Shown: positions 46,331-55,111 of the stretch, piece by piece
How positions within the stretch are numbered: position 1 is the stretch's first letter
Layout: the number at the start of each line of letters is the position of its first letter
Assembly (NCBI GenBank): GCA_965247095.1
Contig: OZ251997.1
Location: forward strand, 4,320,001-4,384,000
Reading direction: 5' to 3'
Origin: Candidatus Multivorans sp.
GTDB lineage: Bacteria; Acidobacteriota; Thermoanaerobaculia; Multivoradales; Multivoraceae
Length of the DNA stretch: 64,000 nt
Notes under the pieces: model-generated
Told to the model about the DNA's origin: nothing
The model's input: the letters and a program-made list of their open reading frames with translations, nothing else
Databases searched by the model: none
Translations under genes and position numbers: made by a program

Positions 46331-48859
46331 ATGAGTACTTTCCTACATCCCGGAGGCCGAGCCTCCGGCAAGGCATCTTCCAGGCCCCGTACCAACCCGC
46401 GGCGGCGGTTCCTTTCCGTCTGCGTGCCGCTTGTCCTTGTGCTCGGTGGAACGAGCGCCTACGGCCAACAGTTCCTGAACGTTGTCCCGCTCGGCGACGA
46501 TCCGACGTTGGACGGCTGGTCGATCGAGGTCGACTACGACATCGTGCGCACGGCGCCCCAGCGGCTTGAGTTCACGGCGCCGGACGGCCGCGTGCTGGCC
46601 GTGGAGATGCGGGTCTTCGAAGACCGCGGCGACGGCAACGCGATGTGGACGGGGGGCTACCCCGAACTGGGGTACGAGAGCGTCGTGCTGACGCTGCAGG
46701 ACGGCTACCTGCTGGGTCGTTTCGGCTTGCCGGAGGGCGGCACGTACTGGATTCGTTCCGGCGGCGACGGTTCCGGCCGGTTGACCGAGGGGCAGGCGAC
46801 GGGCGGCAACTGCGGCGGCGGCATCGTGCCGGAAGCGGATCCGGCCTTCCCCGCGGTGGAGGCGCTGCGAACCGATCCGCCACGGCGGGTGGTCGGGGCG
46901 TCGAACCACGATCGCCTCGACATCCTGATGCTCTACACGGCCTCCGCCGCGCAGCGGTTGGATCAGGCGGGCTGGGGGACGCCGGCCGCGTTCACGCAGC
47001 TTGCGATGGACTACCTGAACCTGGTGTTTCAGAACAACCAGGTCAACGTGAGCGCGAACCTGGTGCACTACGAGGAGGCGCCGGCGGTCCTGGGCCAGAC
47101 CAACGACCCGCTCCGACCGATGGCTCGGAACTCAGAGGTGTATGACCTGCGCGCAGAGCATGATGCCGACCTGGTCCACCTGTTCTTCAATACGGACACC
47201 GACTACTGCGGCCTGGCTTACCTGATGACCAAGCGTGTTGCGACGCCTCAGCAATTCTGGAGCAGCGGCTACGGCATCACGTCCGTGTTCGGCGGCTGTG
47301 TCTCCGCCGAGCGCCTGGTGCGGGAGGACGAACACGCGAACCAGTTCGAGACCTTCGCGCACGAGATCGGACACAACCTGGGCGCGAACCACGATCGGGA
47401 CAACACGAGCATCGATCCAGAGGATGCCATGTATCCGTACGCCTTCGGCCACCACAACTTCACCCCGCAGCCGAACGTCAAGAGCGTGATGAGCTACAAC
47501 GAAGGACAGCAGTTGCCCTACTTCTCGACCGTCCGCGAGCGGCCCGGAGGGTGGGACATCGGCGTCGCGAACGAGCGGGAGAACGAGCGGGCCGTCCAGC
47601 AGACGGTCCACATCGCGGTCCAGTTCAGCGACCATCTGCCCGAACCCGGGGAACCGCCCCCGCAGCCGCCTCCGCCCCCTGAGCCCGGCCCGCGGGCGCC
47701 GACCGGTCTCCAGGTCATGGCGACGGGCAACAGCAGCGTCAAGCTGACCTGGACCGATGAGTCCAACAACGAGAACGGCTTCGAGGTCGAGTCACGGCTC
47801 CAGGGCGCGCGCTGGCAGTTGGCGCTGAAGCTGCCTGTGGACACGGAGTCGGCCGATGTCGACGGCCTCCGAAGCGGTGGCCGCTACGACTTCCGCGTGC
47901 GGTCCTACAACCGGGGCGGTAGGGGCAGCAGCAACGTCGTCACGCTCGTGCTGCCGACCGCGGAGTACACGGACTGCGTGCCCTCGGCCGCGCAGATCAC
48001 GTTCGAACACGGTTACACCGTCAGCATGTGCATCGAGTACGAGAATCAGGACGGCGACACGGTGAAGGAGGATGCCCAGAACTACGGGTTGGATTCGCGG
48101 GAGTCGGGCCTGCTGTACTTCTTCGACCGCGACAATGCCGAGGTGCTGGTCAAGGTGCTCGACGCCTGTGCCGTCAACGGCTATCGCTGGGTGTTCGTGG
48201 CGCCGGTGACGACCCTGGCGTTCAACATGCGGGTCGACGAAGTAGGTTCCGATCGTTTCTGGCCGCACCAGAATCCGAGGGGCGGTCAGACGGCGACGAC
48301 CAAGAGCGACATTCGGGCCTTTCCCTGCGAGCCGCCCGGATCGTCCACGGCTTCGCGAGGTGATGTCGGCGGCATCCGTGGGGTGGAACTCGTCGATACG
48401 GGCTTCCCGTCTTCGTCAGTCCCGGTGGCTTCGAAACCGGACGCGTTTCCGGTCAAGCCCCCGGTCGCTGTGGCTCAGCCGATCAGCGGTGGGCAGGGGA
48501 CGGAATGCGAGCCGCAACCCGTGGTGACCCTTCGCGGTGGCTACACCGTGAACATGTGCGTCGAGTACATCGACAATGACGGCGAGACGGTGGTGGCGGA
48601 GGCGAAGGACTACGATCTGGACTCCCAGCAATCCGCCATCCTGTACTTCTTCAACCGCGACAATGCCGAGGTGCTGATCAAGGTGCTGGACGGCTGTAGG
48701 AACAACGGCCACCGCTGGGTGTTCGTGGCGCCCGTGACGACCCTGGCGTTCAACCTCACGGTCGAGTCGCCGGACGGGGAGGTCTGGACCCACGAGAATT
48801 CCCTGAACCAGACTGCGGCAGCGGAGAGCAACATCAAGGCGTTCGCCTGCGGTAGCTGA
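46331..48859 (+). CDS. Paralogous secreted M12 metalloprotease with FN3 and 2 C-terminal repeat domains
   Basis: HEIGHNLGANH, SVMSY, a Pro-rich linker, FN3 WTDESNNENGF and two YFF.RDNAEVL.KVLD domains. Confidence 0.88.
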   Translation: MSTFLHPGGRASGKASSRPRTNPRRRFLSVCVPLVLVLGGTSAYGQQFLNVVPLGDDPTLDGWSIEVDYDIVRTAPQRLEFTAPDGRVLAVEMRVFEDRGDGNAMWTGGYPELGYESVVLTLQDGYLLGRFGLPEGGTYWIRSGGDGSGRLTEGQATGGNCGGGIVPEADPAFPAVEALRTDPPRRVVGASNHDRLDILMLYTASAAQRLDQAGWGTPAAFTQLAMDYLNLVFQNNQVNVSANLVHYEEAPAVLGQTNDPLRPMARNSEVYDLRAEHDADLVHLFFNTDTDYCGLAYLMTKRVATPQQFWSSGYGITSVFGGCVSAERLVREDEHANQFETFAHEIGHNLGANHDRDNTSIDPEDAMYPYAFGHHNFTPQPNVKSVMSYNEGQQLPYFSTVRERPGGWDIGVANERENERAVQQTVHIAVQFSDHLPEPGEPPPQPPPPPEPGPRAPTGLQVMATGNSSVKLTWTDESNNENGFEVESRLQGARWQLALKLPVDTESADVDGLRSGGRYDFRVRSYNRGGRGSSNVVTLVLPTAEYTDCVPSAAQITFEHGYTVSMCIEYENQDGDTVKEDAQNYGLDSRESGLLYFFDRDNAEVLVKVLDACAVNGYRWVFVAPVTTLAFNMRVDEVGSDRFWPHQNPRGGQTATTKSDIRAFPCEPPGSSTASRGDVGGIRGVELVDTGFPSSSVPVASKPDAFPVKPPVAVAQPISGGQGTECEPQPVVTLRGGYTVNMCVEYIDNDGETVVAEAKDYDLDSQQSAILYFFNRDNAEVLIKVLDGCRNNGHRWVFVAPVTTLAFNLTVESPDGEVWTHENSLNQTAAAESNIKAFACGS

Positions 48860-48890
48860 TCAGGCGCGGTTTCTACGCGGCGGGCAACGG

Positions 48891-50327
48891 TCAGTAGACC
48901 GTCGTCTCCGGGTAGAACGCGTACCAACCGAACCAGAAGGCGACGTGGCCGGCGACTCGTGGCAGCGGGCTGCCGCCGCCGTCGGGGGCCAGGCTATCCT
49001 CTCCGATCCACCAGATTGACCCGTCGTCGGCGCGAAGCTGACGAAGCGGCGTCTCCTCGGGCGTTGCGAACCTGCGCTGACCGCGCTCGTAGGCGCGGAC
49101 GGCGCCGCTGGCCGGGTCCACCGAGAGCACGATCGGCACGCCGCCCAGGGTGTCGTTGACGAGACCCTCGCCACCCAGCTTCTCGAGCGGGTACGCCTTC
49201 GCTTCGCCGCCTATCCGCAGCGCGTAGATCCGGGCGTTTCGCTCCAGGGCGTCGCTTTGCCGCCACACGGGAAACTCGACGCCGGCGCGCGCCCGGTCCG
49301 CCGCGCCTTCCACGTAGCGGTAGCCGCTTTGCCGCGCGGCAGCCGGATCGGGGACCATGACGGTCGTGTCCGGATGCCGCTGCCGCCATGCGTCCCAGCG
49401 AGTCAGCGTCATCGGCAGCATGGTGAGCCGTGAACCCTGGGCGGCGCGTTCCCCGACCACGGCTTCGCCGGTCAGGTTGCTCCAGAGGCTGAGCGTGGCG
49501 CGGTCGAACATCAGCTTGTTCGAGCGGTAGAGAAGGCCGGAAGTGCCGAACATGAGCCGGGCGCCCTCGTCGTCGACCGCCGAGTACAGGATCCCCGAAC
49601 CGCACAGAGTGCAGAACGAGAGAGTGATCGGCTGACCGCCGACCGTGTCGTTCAGGAGTTCGTGCCAACTGAGCACCTTGACCGGATAGGCGCGGTGCTC
49701 GCCAGCGATCCGGACACCGAACACCGTGTCGGTGTCGCGCATGAAACGCGCGGTGTCGGCGGGAACGGACTCGGGGTCGTCGATGGCGGGGATTCCATCG
49801 AGCGGGACGCCGCCCCACTGGACTTCCCGAAGGCGGAGGCGCACCTTGGTTCCGGGGCCCAGAATGCGCCGGTACACGGGATCGATGCGGGAGAACACCT
49901 CACCCTTCCAGGCAAGGTAGCCGGGCGGCGGCGTCAGATCGTCGCGGCCGCCAACGTACAGAAACCAGTCCCGGTAGCGGCCGCCGAGCCGTTCACCTGA
50001 CAGGTCCTCCAGGAGCTGCCTGCCGTCCGCCCGGGCCTCGTTGCGCATGAAGAAGTAGGCGTCGACGAGGGGCACGAGGGTCGCGGGGCCGGCCTTGGCG
50101 AGTGCCTTCGCGGCCCGGCGCCTGGCTTTCTGCTTGTCCGACATCAGCCGCCGCAGACGGTCGTAGACTGCACTGTCGGCGCCGCCGGAGTCCACTGTGG
50201 AATACGTGGGCGCAACCGCCGGCGGATCGTCGGAATCCTGGGGTTGCGCTGGGAGTGCGGTCGAGCCGAGTAGCGCCGCCGAAAAGAGGATCGCGGCAGA
50301 GAGCCGGAGCAGGGAGTGAAGGGCCAT
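48891..50327 (-). CDS. DUF3179 domain protein, secreted
   Basis: WGGVPLDGIPAID, RAYP...WHELLND, FCTLCGSG, FGTSGLLYRSN and FWFGWYAFYPET. Confidence 0.88.
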   Translation of the reverse strand: MALHSLLRLSAAILFSAALLGSTALPAQPQDSDDPPAVAPTYSTVDSGGADSAVYDRLRRLMSDKQKARRRAAKALAKAGPATLVPLVDAYFFMRNEARADGRQLLEDLSGERLGGRYRDWFLYVGGRDDLTPPPGYLAWKGEVFSRIDPVYRRILGPGTKVRLRLREVQWGGVPLDGIPAIDDPESVPADTARFMRDTDTVFGVRIAGEHRAYPVKVLSWHELLNDTVGGQPITLSFCTLCGSGILYSAVDDEGARLMFGTSGLLYRSNKLMFDRATLSLWSNLTGEAVVGERAAQGSRLTMLPMTLTRWDAWRQRHPDTTVMVPDPAAARQSGYRYVEGAADRARAGVEFPVWRQSDALERNARIYALRIGGEAKAYPLEKLGGEGLVNDTLGGVPIVLSVDPASGAVRAYERGQRRFATPEETPLRQLRADDGSIWWIGEDSLAPDGGGSPLPRVAGHVAFWFGWYAFYPETTVY

Positions 50328-50360
50328 GATCGTCGGGTTCCCACAGATAGTATGCATGCC

Positions 50361-50909
50361 GTGCTGAACGCGGGGTCCCGGACCGGAACTTCCGGTGGAA
50401 GAAACACGTCACGGCGCCGGTCAGTGCGGTCACTGATCGTCAGCGCCTGGTCCGTCGCCGTGCTGCTCGCCGTCACCGCGGTCGCCGCGGACGATCAGCG
50501 GGAAGTCGTCCTGTCAGGCATCGAAGTGGCGCCAACCGCGCCCGGCGCCGAGACGCTCTGCAAGCTCAAGGCCACGATCGAGAACACGGGCAGCCGGGCC
50601 GTATACAGCTTCGGCTTCGATGTCGAGTTGAACGGGCATTCCTTGCCGGTCTATGAGAAGCAGCTCTTCCTGCAGGTGATCGAAGCGGGGCAAGCGGAGG
50701 ATGTCGCGCTCTACAACTTCTGGACCTCGGAGAGCGGCCGCCCGGCGCCGGCGGACGGCAAGCTCGAGGTGGTGGTCCGCCTGCGCGAGGCGCGTTGGGT
50801 GGAGGTGTCAGAGGTCGAAGAGGACGGTGAGACGGTCGAGGTGTGGACGCCGGTCGGCGACGTCTCCGGCCTGCCGCAGACTGTCAGTGTGACCCTCGAA
50901 CTGAAGTGA
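50361..50909 (+). CDS. Secreted hypothetical protein (beta-rich, possibly Ig-like)
   Basis: Signal peptide ending AVAA-DD. It is coupled by GTGA overlap to the sulfatase-TPR gene. The start is inferred from TAGTAT 7 nt upstream (alternative ATG 50352). Confidence 0.7.
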   Translation: MLNAGSRTGTSGGRNTSRRRSVRSLIVSAWSVAVLLAVTAVAADDQREVVLSGIEVAPTAPGAETLCKLKATIENTGSRAVYSFGFDVELNGHSLPVYEKQLFLQVIEAGQAEDVALYNFWTSESGRPAPADGKLEVVVRLREARWVEVSEVEEDGETVEVWTPVGDVSGLPQTVSVTLELK

Positions 50910-53098
50910 GTTCTCTGCGCGCTTTCGGGTCGCGGCTTGCGGGCGCTGCGGCGGTGGCCGCGTTGGCCTGCACGCCGTCCCCGCCGCCGGACGCGGCGCC
51001 GGCCGGCGATGCGCCCCGCCGGCCGATCGTTCTGATCTCCGTCGACACCCTGCGTTCGGACCGGCTGCCGGCCTACGGCTACGACGGGGTGGACACGCCC
51101 GCGATCGACCGCCTCGCTGCCGAGGGCGTGCTGTTCGAGCGCGCGTACACCCATGTCAACGTCACCCTGCCATCGCACGCCAGCGTGTTCACCGGCCTGC
51201 TGCCGCCGGAGCACGGTGTGCGTGACAACGCCGGCTACCGGTTGGACGATGCGATCCCGACTCTGGCCGCCGAACTCCAACGGAGCGGCTACGCGACCGG
51301 AGGGTTCGTGTCTTCCTACGTCCTGCGGGCCACGACCGGGATCGGTCGGGGCTTCGACGTCTATGACGACGGGGTCGGGTTCGAGACCGGGCGGCAGTTG
51401 GGGCAACTTCAGCGTCCGGGAGCGGAGACGCTGGCCGCGGCTTCGGAGTGGCTCGCCGGCATGGCGGACTCCCCCTTCTTCCTGTTCCTTCACCTGTACG
51501 AGCCGCACGCCCCGTACGAACCGCCGCCGCCGTTCGCCGAACGCTACGACAACCCCTACGACGGCGAGGTTGCGGCCGCCGACTCGGTAGTCGGTGAGTT
51601 GATCCGGCGCATGGAGGAGCTTGGGGTCTACGACGACGCGCTGGTCATCCTGATCTCGGACCACGGGGAGGGCCTGATGGACCACGGCGAGATGGATCAC
51701 CTGATCCTTCTCTACCGGGAAGTGCTTCAGGTGCCTCTGATCGTCAAGCTGCCGGGAGCAGAGCGCGCCGGCGACCGGGTCGCGGTCGGGGCCCAGCTCA
51801 GCGATGTCGCGCCGACGGTCTACTCGCTTGCGGGGCTGCAATCGCCCAATGGGCTGGCCGGGTTGGATCTGCTTGGGCTGGAGGTGACGTCCTCAGGCGG
51901 CGCGCCTCGCCAGATCGTGTCCGAGAGCGTCTACCCCCGCATTCACTTCGGCTGGAGCGATCTTGCCTCGATCGTCGAAGGCGACCTGCACTTCATCGAG
52001 TCGCCCGCTCCGGAGCTCTACCGTCTGTCCGAGGATCCTGGCGAGCGGTCGAACGTGATCCAGGAGGAGCGGGCCGCCGCGCGGCGGATGCGCGCGGCGT
52101 TGCAGGAGATCGACCGCACGCTGACTTCGCCGGCCGAGGACGATCCCGAAATCCGGCAGCGCCTGGAGTCGCTCGGGTACCTGTCCGGTGGCGCGCGCGC
52201 GGGCGGTGACACGCTGGCGGACCCGAAGAGCCGGATTGCCGTGGTCGCCGACCTGGGCCGGGCCTCGCGGCTGATCGACGCCGGTGAATTGGCTGAGGCC
52301 GAGTCGGCGCTGCGGGCGGTGCTCGCCAGCGAACCGCAGCTCGTCCTGGCGTGGCAGCAGTTGGGCGACGTGCTGGAGCGCCGGGGCCGGCCCAGACAGG
52401 CGCTCCAGGCGTACCGCAAGGCGTTCGAGGCGTCGGCGGGCGGCGCGGCCAGCGCCGGGCTCAAGGTGGCGGAGTTGCTGTTGCTGGAGGGCCGCGTCGA
52501 TGAGGCCCGGGAACACGCTCTGGCGGTTGTCGATCGCGCGCCCATGGCGCACGACGTGCTGGCCCAGGCGGCGCTGTTTGAGGACGACCTCGAGGCGGCG
52601 AAGGAGTACCTGGACCGGGCCATCGCCGAGCGCGGCCCCCAGGTCATGCCACTGATCACGAGGACGGCCTGGCTGAACAAGCAGGAGCGCTTCGAGGAGG
52701 CTCTGATCCAGAGCGACGAGGTGTTGGCCGAGTTCGGCGACCGCGGCGACCGGGAGATCCTCGGACACCTGTATCTCTACCGGGGCACTGCGCTGGCTGC
52801 TTTGGGTCGCGACGACGAGGCCGAGAGCGCCTACCGGGAGGCGCTCGAGCTGAAGTGGGATCTTCTGGGGGCATACTCCTCCCTGGCCTTTCTCCAGGCG
52901 CTGATGGGGCGGGGTGGCGAGGTCGGCCGCACCCTGCAGGAGATGGTCACCGTGAATCCGAATCCGGCGGCGTACGCCGAGGCGGTGCGGGCACTGAGGG
53001 CGATGAACGATCAGCGCTCGGCGAACGGTGTGCTCGGCGAGGCCCTGCGGCGGTGGCCGGAAGCCGAGGAACTGCGGCTGCTCGCCGAGTCGCGGTGA
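50906..53098 (+). CDS. Sulfatase-like hydrolase/transferase with C-terminal TPR repeats, lipoprotein
   Basis: ISVDTLRSDRL, TLPSHASVFTG, HLYEPHAPY, SDHGEGL, LESLGY, then TPR-like helices. Lipobox ALAC. Confidence 0.9.
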   Translation: MSSLRAFGSRLAGAAAVAALACTPSPPPDAAPAGDAPRRPIVLISVDTLRSDRLPAYGYDGVDTPAIDRLAAEGVLFERAYTHVNVTLPSHASVFTGLLPPEHGVRDNAGYRLDDAIPTLAAELQRSGYATGGFVSSYVLRATTGIGRGFDVYDDGVGFETGRQLGQLQRPGAETLAAASEWLAGMADSPFFLFLHLYEPHAPYEPPPPFAERYDNPYDGEVAAADSVVGELIRRMEELGVYDDALVILISDHGEGLMDHGEMDHLILLYREVLQVPLIVKLPGAERAGDRVAVGAQLSDVAPTVYSLAGLQSPNGLAGLDLLGLEVTSSGGAPRQIVSESVYPRIHFGWSDLASIVEGDLHFIESPAPELYRLSEDPGERSNVIQEERAAARRMRAALQEIDRTLTSPAEDDPEIRQRLESLGYLSGGARAGGDTLADPKSRIAVVADLGRASRLIDAGELAEAESALRAVLASEPQLVLAWQQLGDVLERRGRPRQALQAYRKAFEASAGGAASAGLKVAELLLLEGRVDEAREHALAVVDRAPMAHDVLAQAALFEDDLEAAKEYLDRAIAERGPQVMPLITRTAWLNKQERFEEALIQSDEVLAEFGDRGDREILGHLYLYRGTALAALGRDDEAESAYREALELKWDLLGAYSSLAFLQALMGRGGEVGRTLQEMVTVNPNPAAYAEAVRALRAMNDQRSANGVLGEALRRWPEAEELRLLAESR

Positions 53099-53198
53099 CT
53101 CCGGCCTGGGAACCCGGGTGGCGCGAGCCGCGCCACCCGCGACCCACTCCGTGCGCCAGTCATCGGGCGCACGGATGGCACGAGGGCGTTTCGCCCGC
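53097..53198. repeat. REP/MITE-like element, copy D (68 bp insert form, degenerate core)
   Basis: GACTCCGGCCTGGGAAC, then the 68 bp module at 53114-53181, then GAGGGCGTTTCGCCCGC. Confidence 0.8.
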
Positions 53199-53227
53199 GT
53201 ACGGGGCAAACGGGTTAGTCTCTCTCC

Positions 53228-55066
53228 ATGGCATCGGCGAACCGCACCGCGTTGCTTCAGCGCAACAATCCATGGCTGGCGTTCGCGGCGGCGAGCGTTT
53301 CCGCCTGGGCGGCGCTGACGCTTCCCGCGGCAGCCCAGCCTGAACCCGCGCCCGCGCCGTCCGGTCCGGGCTTTGTGGAAGTTGTCAACGTCGAGGTCGT
53401 GAACATCGACGTCTACGTCACGGGCTCGGACGGGAAGCCCGTGCTCGGTCTCGGTCCCGACGATTTCGACCTCCGGGTCGACGGCAGACCGGTTCGGATC
53501 AGCAACTTCTACGCGGTGGAACTTCGGGACGACGAGCTGTTCGTCCGCCGCGGCGGCGACGTCGAGGCCCAGCCGCTCGTACCGCCTCCACCTGAGGACC
53601 CGCGGGAAGCGGACCGGGTGCGCCGGGCGCCGCCGCCGATACCGGCAGAGCAGGCGCTTCATGTGGCCGTCTACATCGACAACTACAACCTGACGCCGTT
53701 CAATCGCAACCGGGTCATGCGCGAACTCCGGGCTTTCATCCGCGAGCAACTGCGGCCCGAAGACCAGGTCATGCTGGCGAGCTTCGACCCGGCTCTCAAT
53801 CTCCGGTTGCCGTTCACCAACGATCGGGAGTCGCTGAACCGCGCGCTGCTCGAGTTGGAGGAGGTCTCCGCCCAGCGCCTCCATCGCAACAACGAGCGCC
53901 GCGACCTGATCAACAACATCAACGATGTGAACAACGAGACTTCGGCCGAGGGCAGGCCCGGGGTCGCGGCCGCCGAGCGGGCCGGGCTCACCGTCGGCGG
54001 CGGCGCCAGCTACGCCCGGAATCAGCTCATGGCCTACGCGGGGTCGGTCCGCAACGACACGAACCTGGCGATCAACGGCCTGACCCGGGTGGTGGAGAAC
54101 CTCTCCGCGGCGCCCGGCCGCAAGGCGATCATCTACGTGGCCGACGGCATTCCGATGATCGCCGGCGAGGACGTCTTCTACTTCGTCGAACAGCTCTACG
54201 AGAGGTCCGTGTCCCTGATCGAGATGGCGGAGTACGACCTGTCGAGGCGATTCCAGCAGCTCGCGGCGGGGGCCAACGCCAACCGCACGAGCTTCTACAC
54301 GATCGACGCCCGGGGACTGACTGTCCTGTCGCAGAGTTCGGTCCAGAGCCAGGTCGCGGGGGCGCCGGGCCAGGCGTCGCTGATCGATCAGATCCTGATG
54401 ACCAACCTCCAGGCGCCGCTCCAGCTCATGGCCGAGGAGACGGGGGGGCGCGCGGTGATCAACGCAAACCGCATCATGCCCGACCTGCTGAAGATCGCGG
54501 ACGACTTCCGCAACTACTACTCCCTCGGCTACATGCCGCTGGCGACGGTCGGTTCGGGGCGCTACCACTCGATCGAGGTCCGCTGGAAGAACAGACCCCG
54601 CGGCGCCAGTGTCCGGTTCCGCAAGGGCTACCGGGACAAGACGGTCGAATCGCGGATGATCGAGGGAACCCTGTCGGCGCTCAACCTGAACATGCAGGAG
54701 AACCCGTTGGGCGTTCGGGTCGACAGCCTGCCGGCGAAGCGGCGTTCAGACGGCAACTACGACGTGCCGGTGGTGATCGAGGTCGCCTGGAAGGAACTCA
54801 CGCTGATCCCGCGGGACGGCGCCCACCATGGCCGCATCCGGCTCTGGTTGGCGGCAAAGGACGAGCGCGACCGCGCGACCGAGCCACAGTTGACCGAGCT
54901 GACGATCGCGGTTCCCCAGGATCGAATCGCCGAGATCGAGAACGGGTCCTGGCGCTATGGCCTGGAGGTCACCCTGGAGGGCGGCTACCACGACATCGGC
55001 GTCGGCCTGCGCGACGACATCGGCGGCCGCCAGTCGTTCCTGCGCGGCGGCATCGACGTCCGGTAG
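53228..55066 (+). CDS. Acidobacterial VWA-domain protein (TIGR03436-like)
   Basis: VEVVNIDVYVT..DGKPV.GL..DDF, GRKAIIYVADG, FYTIDARGL, AEETGG, YYSLGY and FRKGY. Confidence 0.88.
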   Translation: MASANRTALLQRNNPWLAFAAASVSAWAALTLPAAAQPEPAPAPSGPGFVEVVNVEVVNIDVYVTGSDGKPVLGLGPDDFDLRVDGRPVRISNFYAVELRDDELFVRRGGDVEAQPLVPPPPEDPREADRVRRAPPPIPAEQALHVAVYIDNYNLTPFNRNRVMRELRAFIREQLRPEDQVMLASFDPALNLRLPFTNDRESLNRALLELEEVSAQRLHRNNERRDLINNINDVNNETSAEGRPGVAAAERAGLTVGGGASYARNQLMAYAGSVRNDTNLAINGLTRVVENLSAAPGRKAIIYVADGIPMIAGEDVFYFVEQLYERSVSLIEMAEYDLSRRFQQLAAGANANRTSFYTIDARGLTVLSQSSVQSQVAGAPGQASLIDQILMTNLQAPLQLMAEETGGRAVINANRIMPDLLKIADDFRNYYSLGYMPLATVGSGRYHSIEVRWKNRPRGASVRFRKGYRDKTVESRMIEGTLSALNLNMQENPLGVRVDSLPAKRRSDGNYDVPVVIEVAWKELTLIPRDGAHHGRIRLWLAAKDERDRATEPQLTELTIAVPQDRIAEIENGSWRYGLEVTLEGGYHDIGVGLRDDIGGRQSFLRGGIDVR

Positions 55067-55111
55067 CGCACTGAGAACGGTACAGGTGCGCCGGCCTTCC
55101 GGCCCGATGGT

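Noticed and set aside
48113-48754. Near-identical 114 bp segments (48113-48226 and 48641-48754, about 12 mismatches by hand) as a DGR template/variable repeat pair
   Set aside because: Mismatches are not confined to adenines, both copies are coding domains of one gene, and no reverse transcriptase is in the window. An intragenic duplication explains them.
49595-49620. DUF3179 as a selenoprotein
   Set aside because: The motif is encoded as CTLC with Cys codons and has no in-frame TGA.
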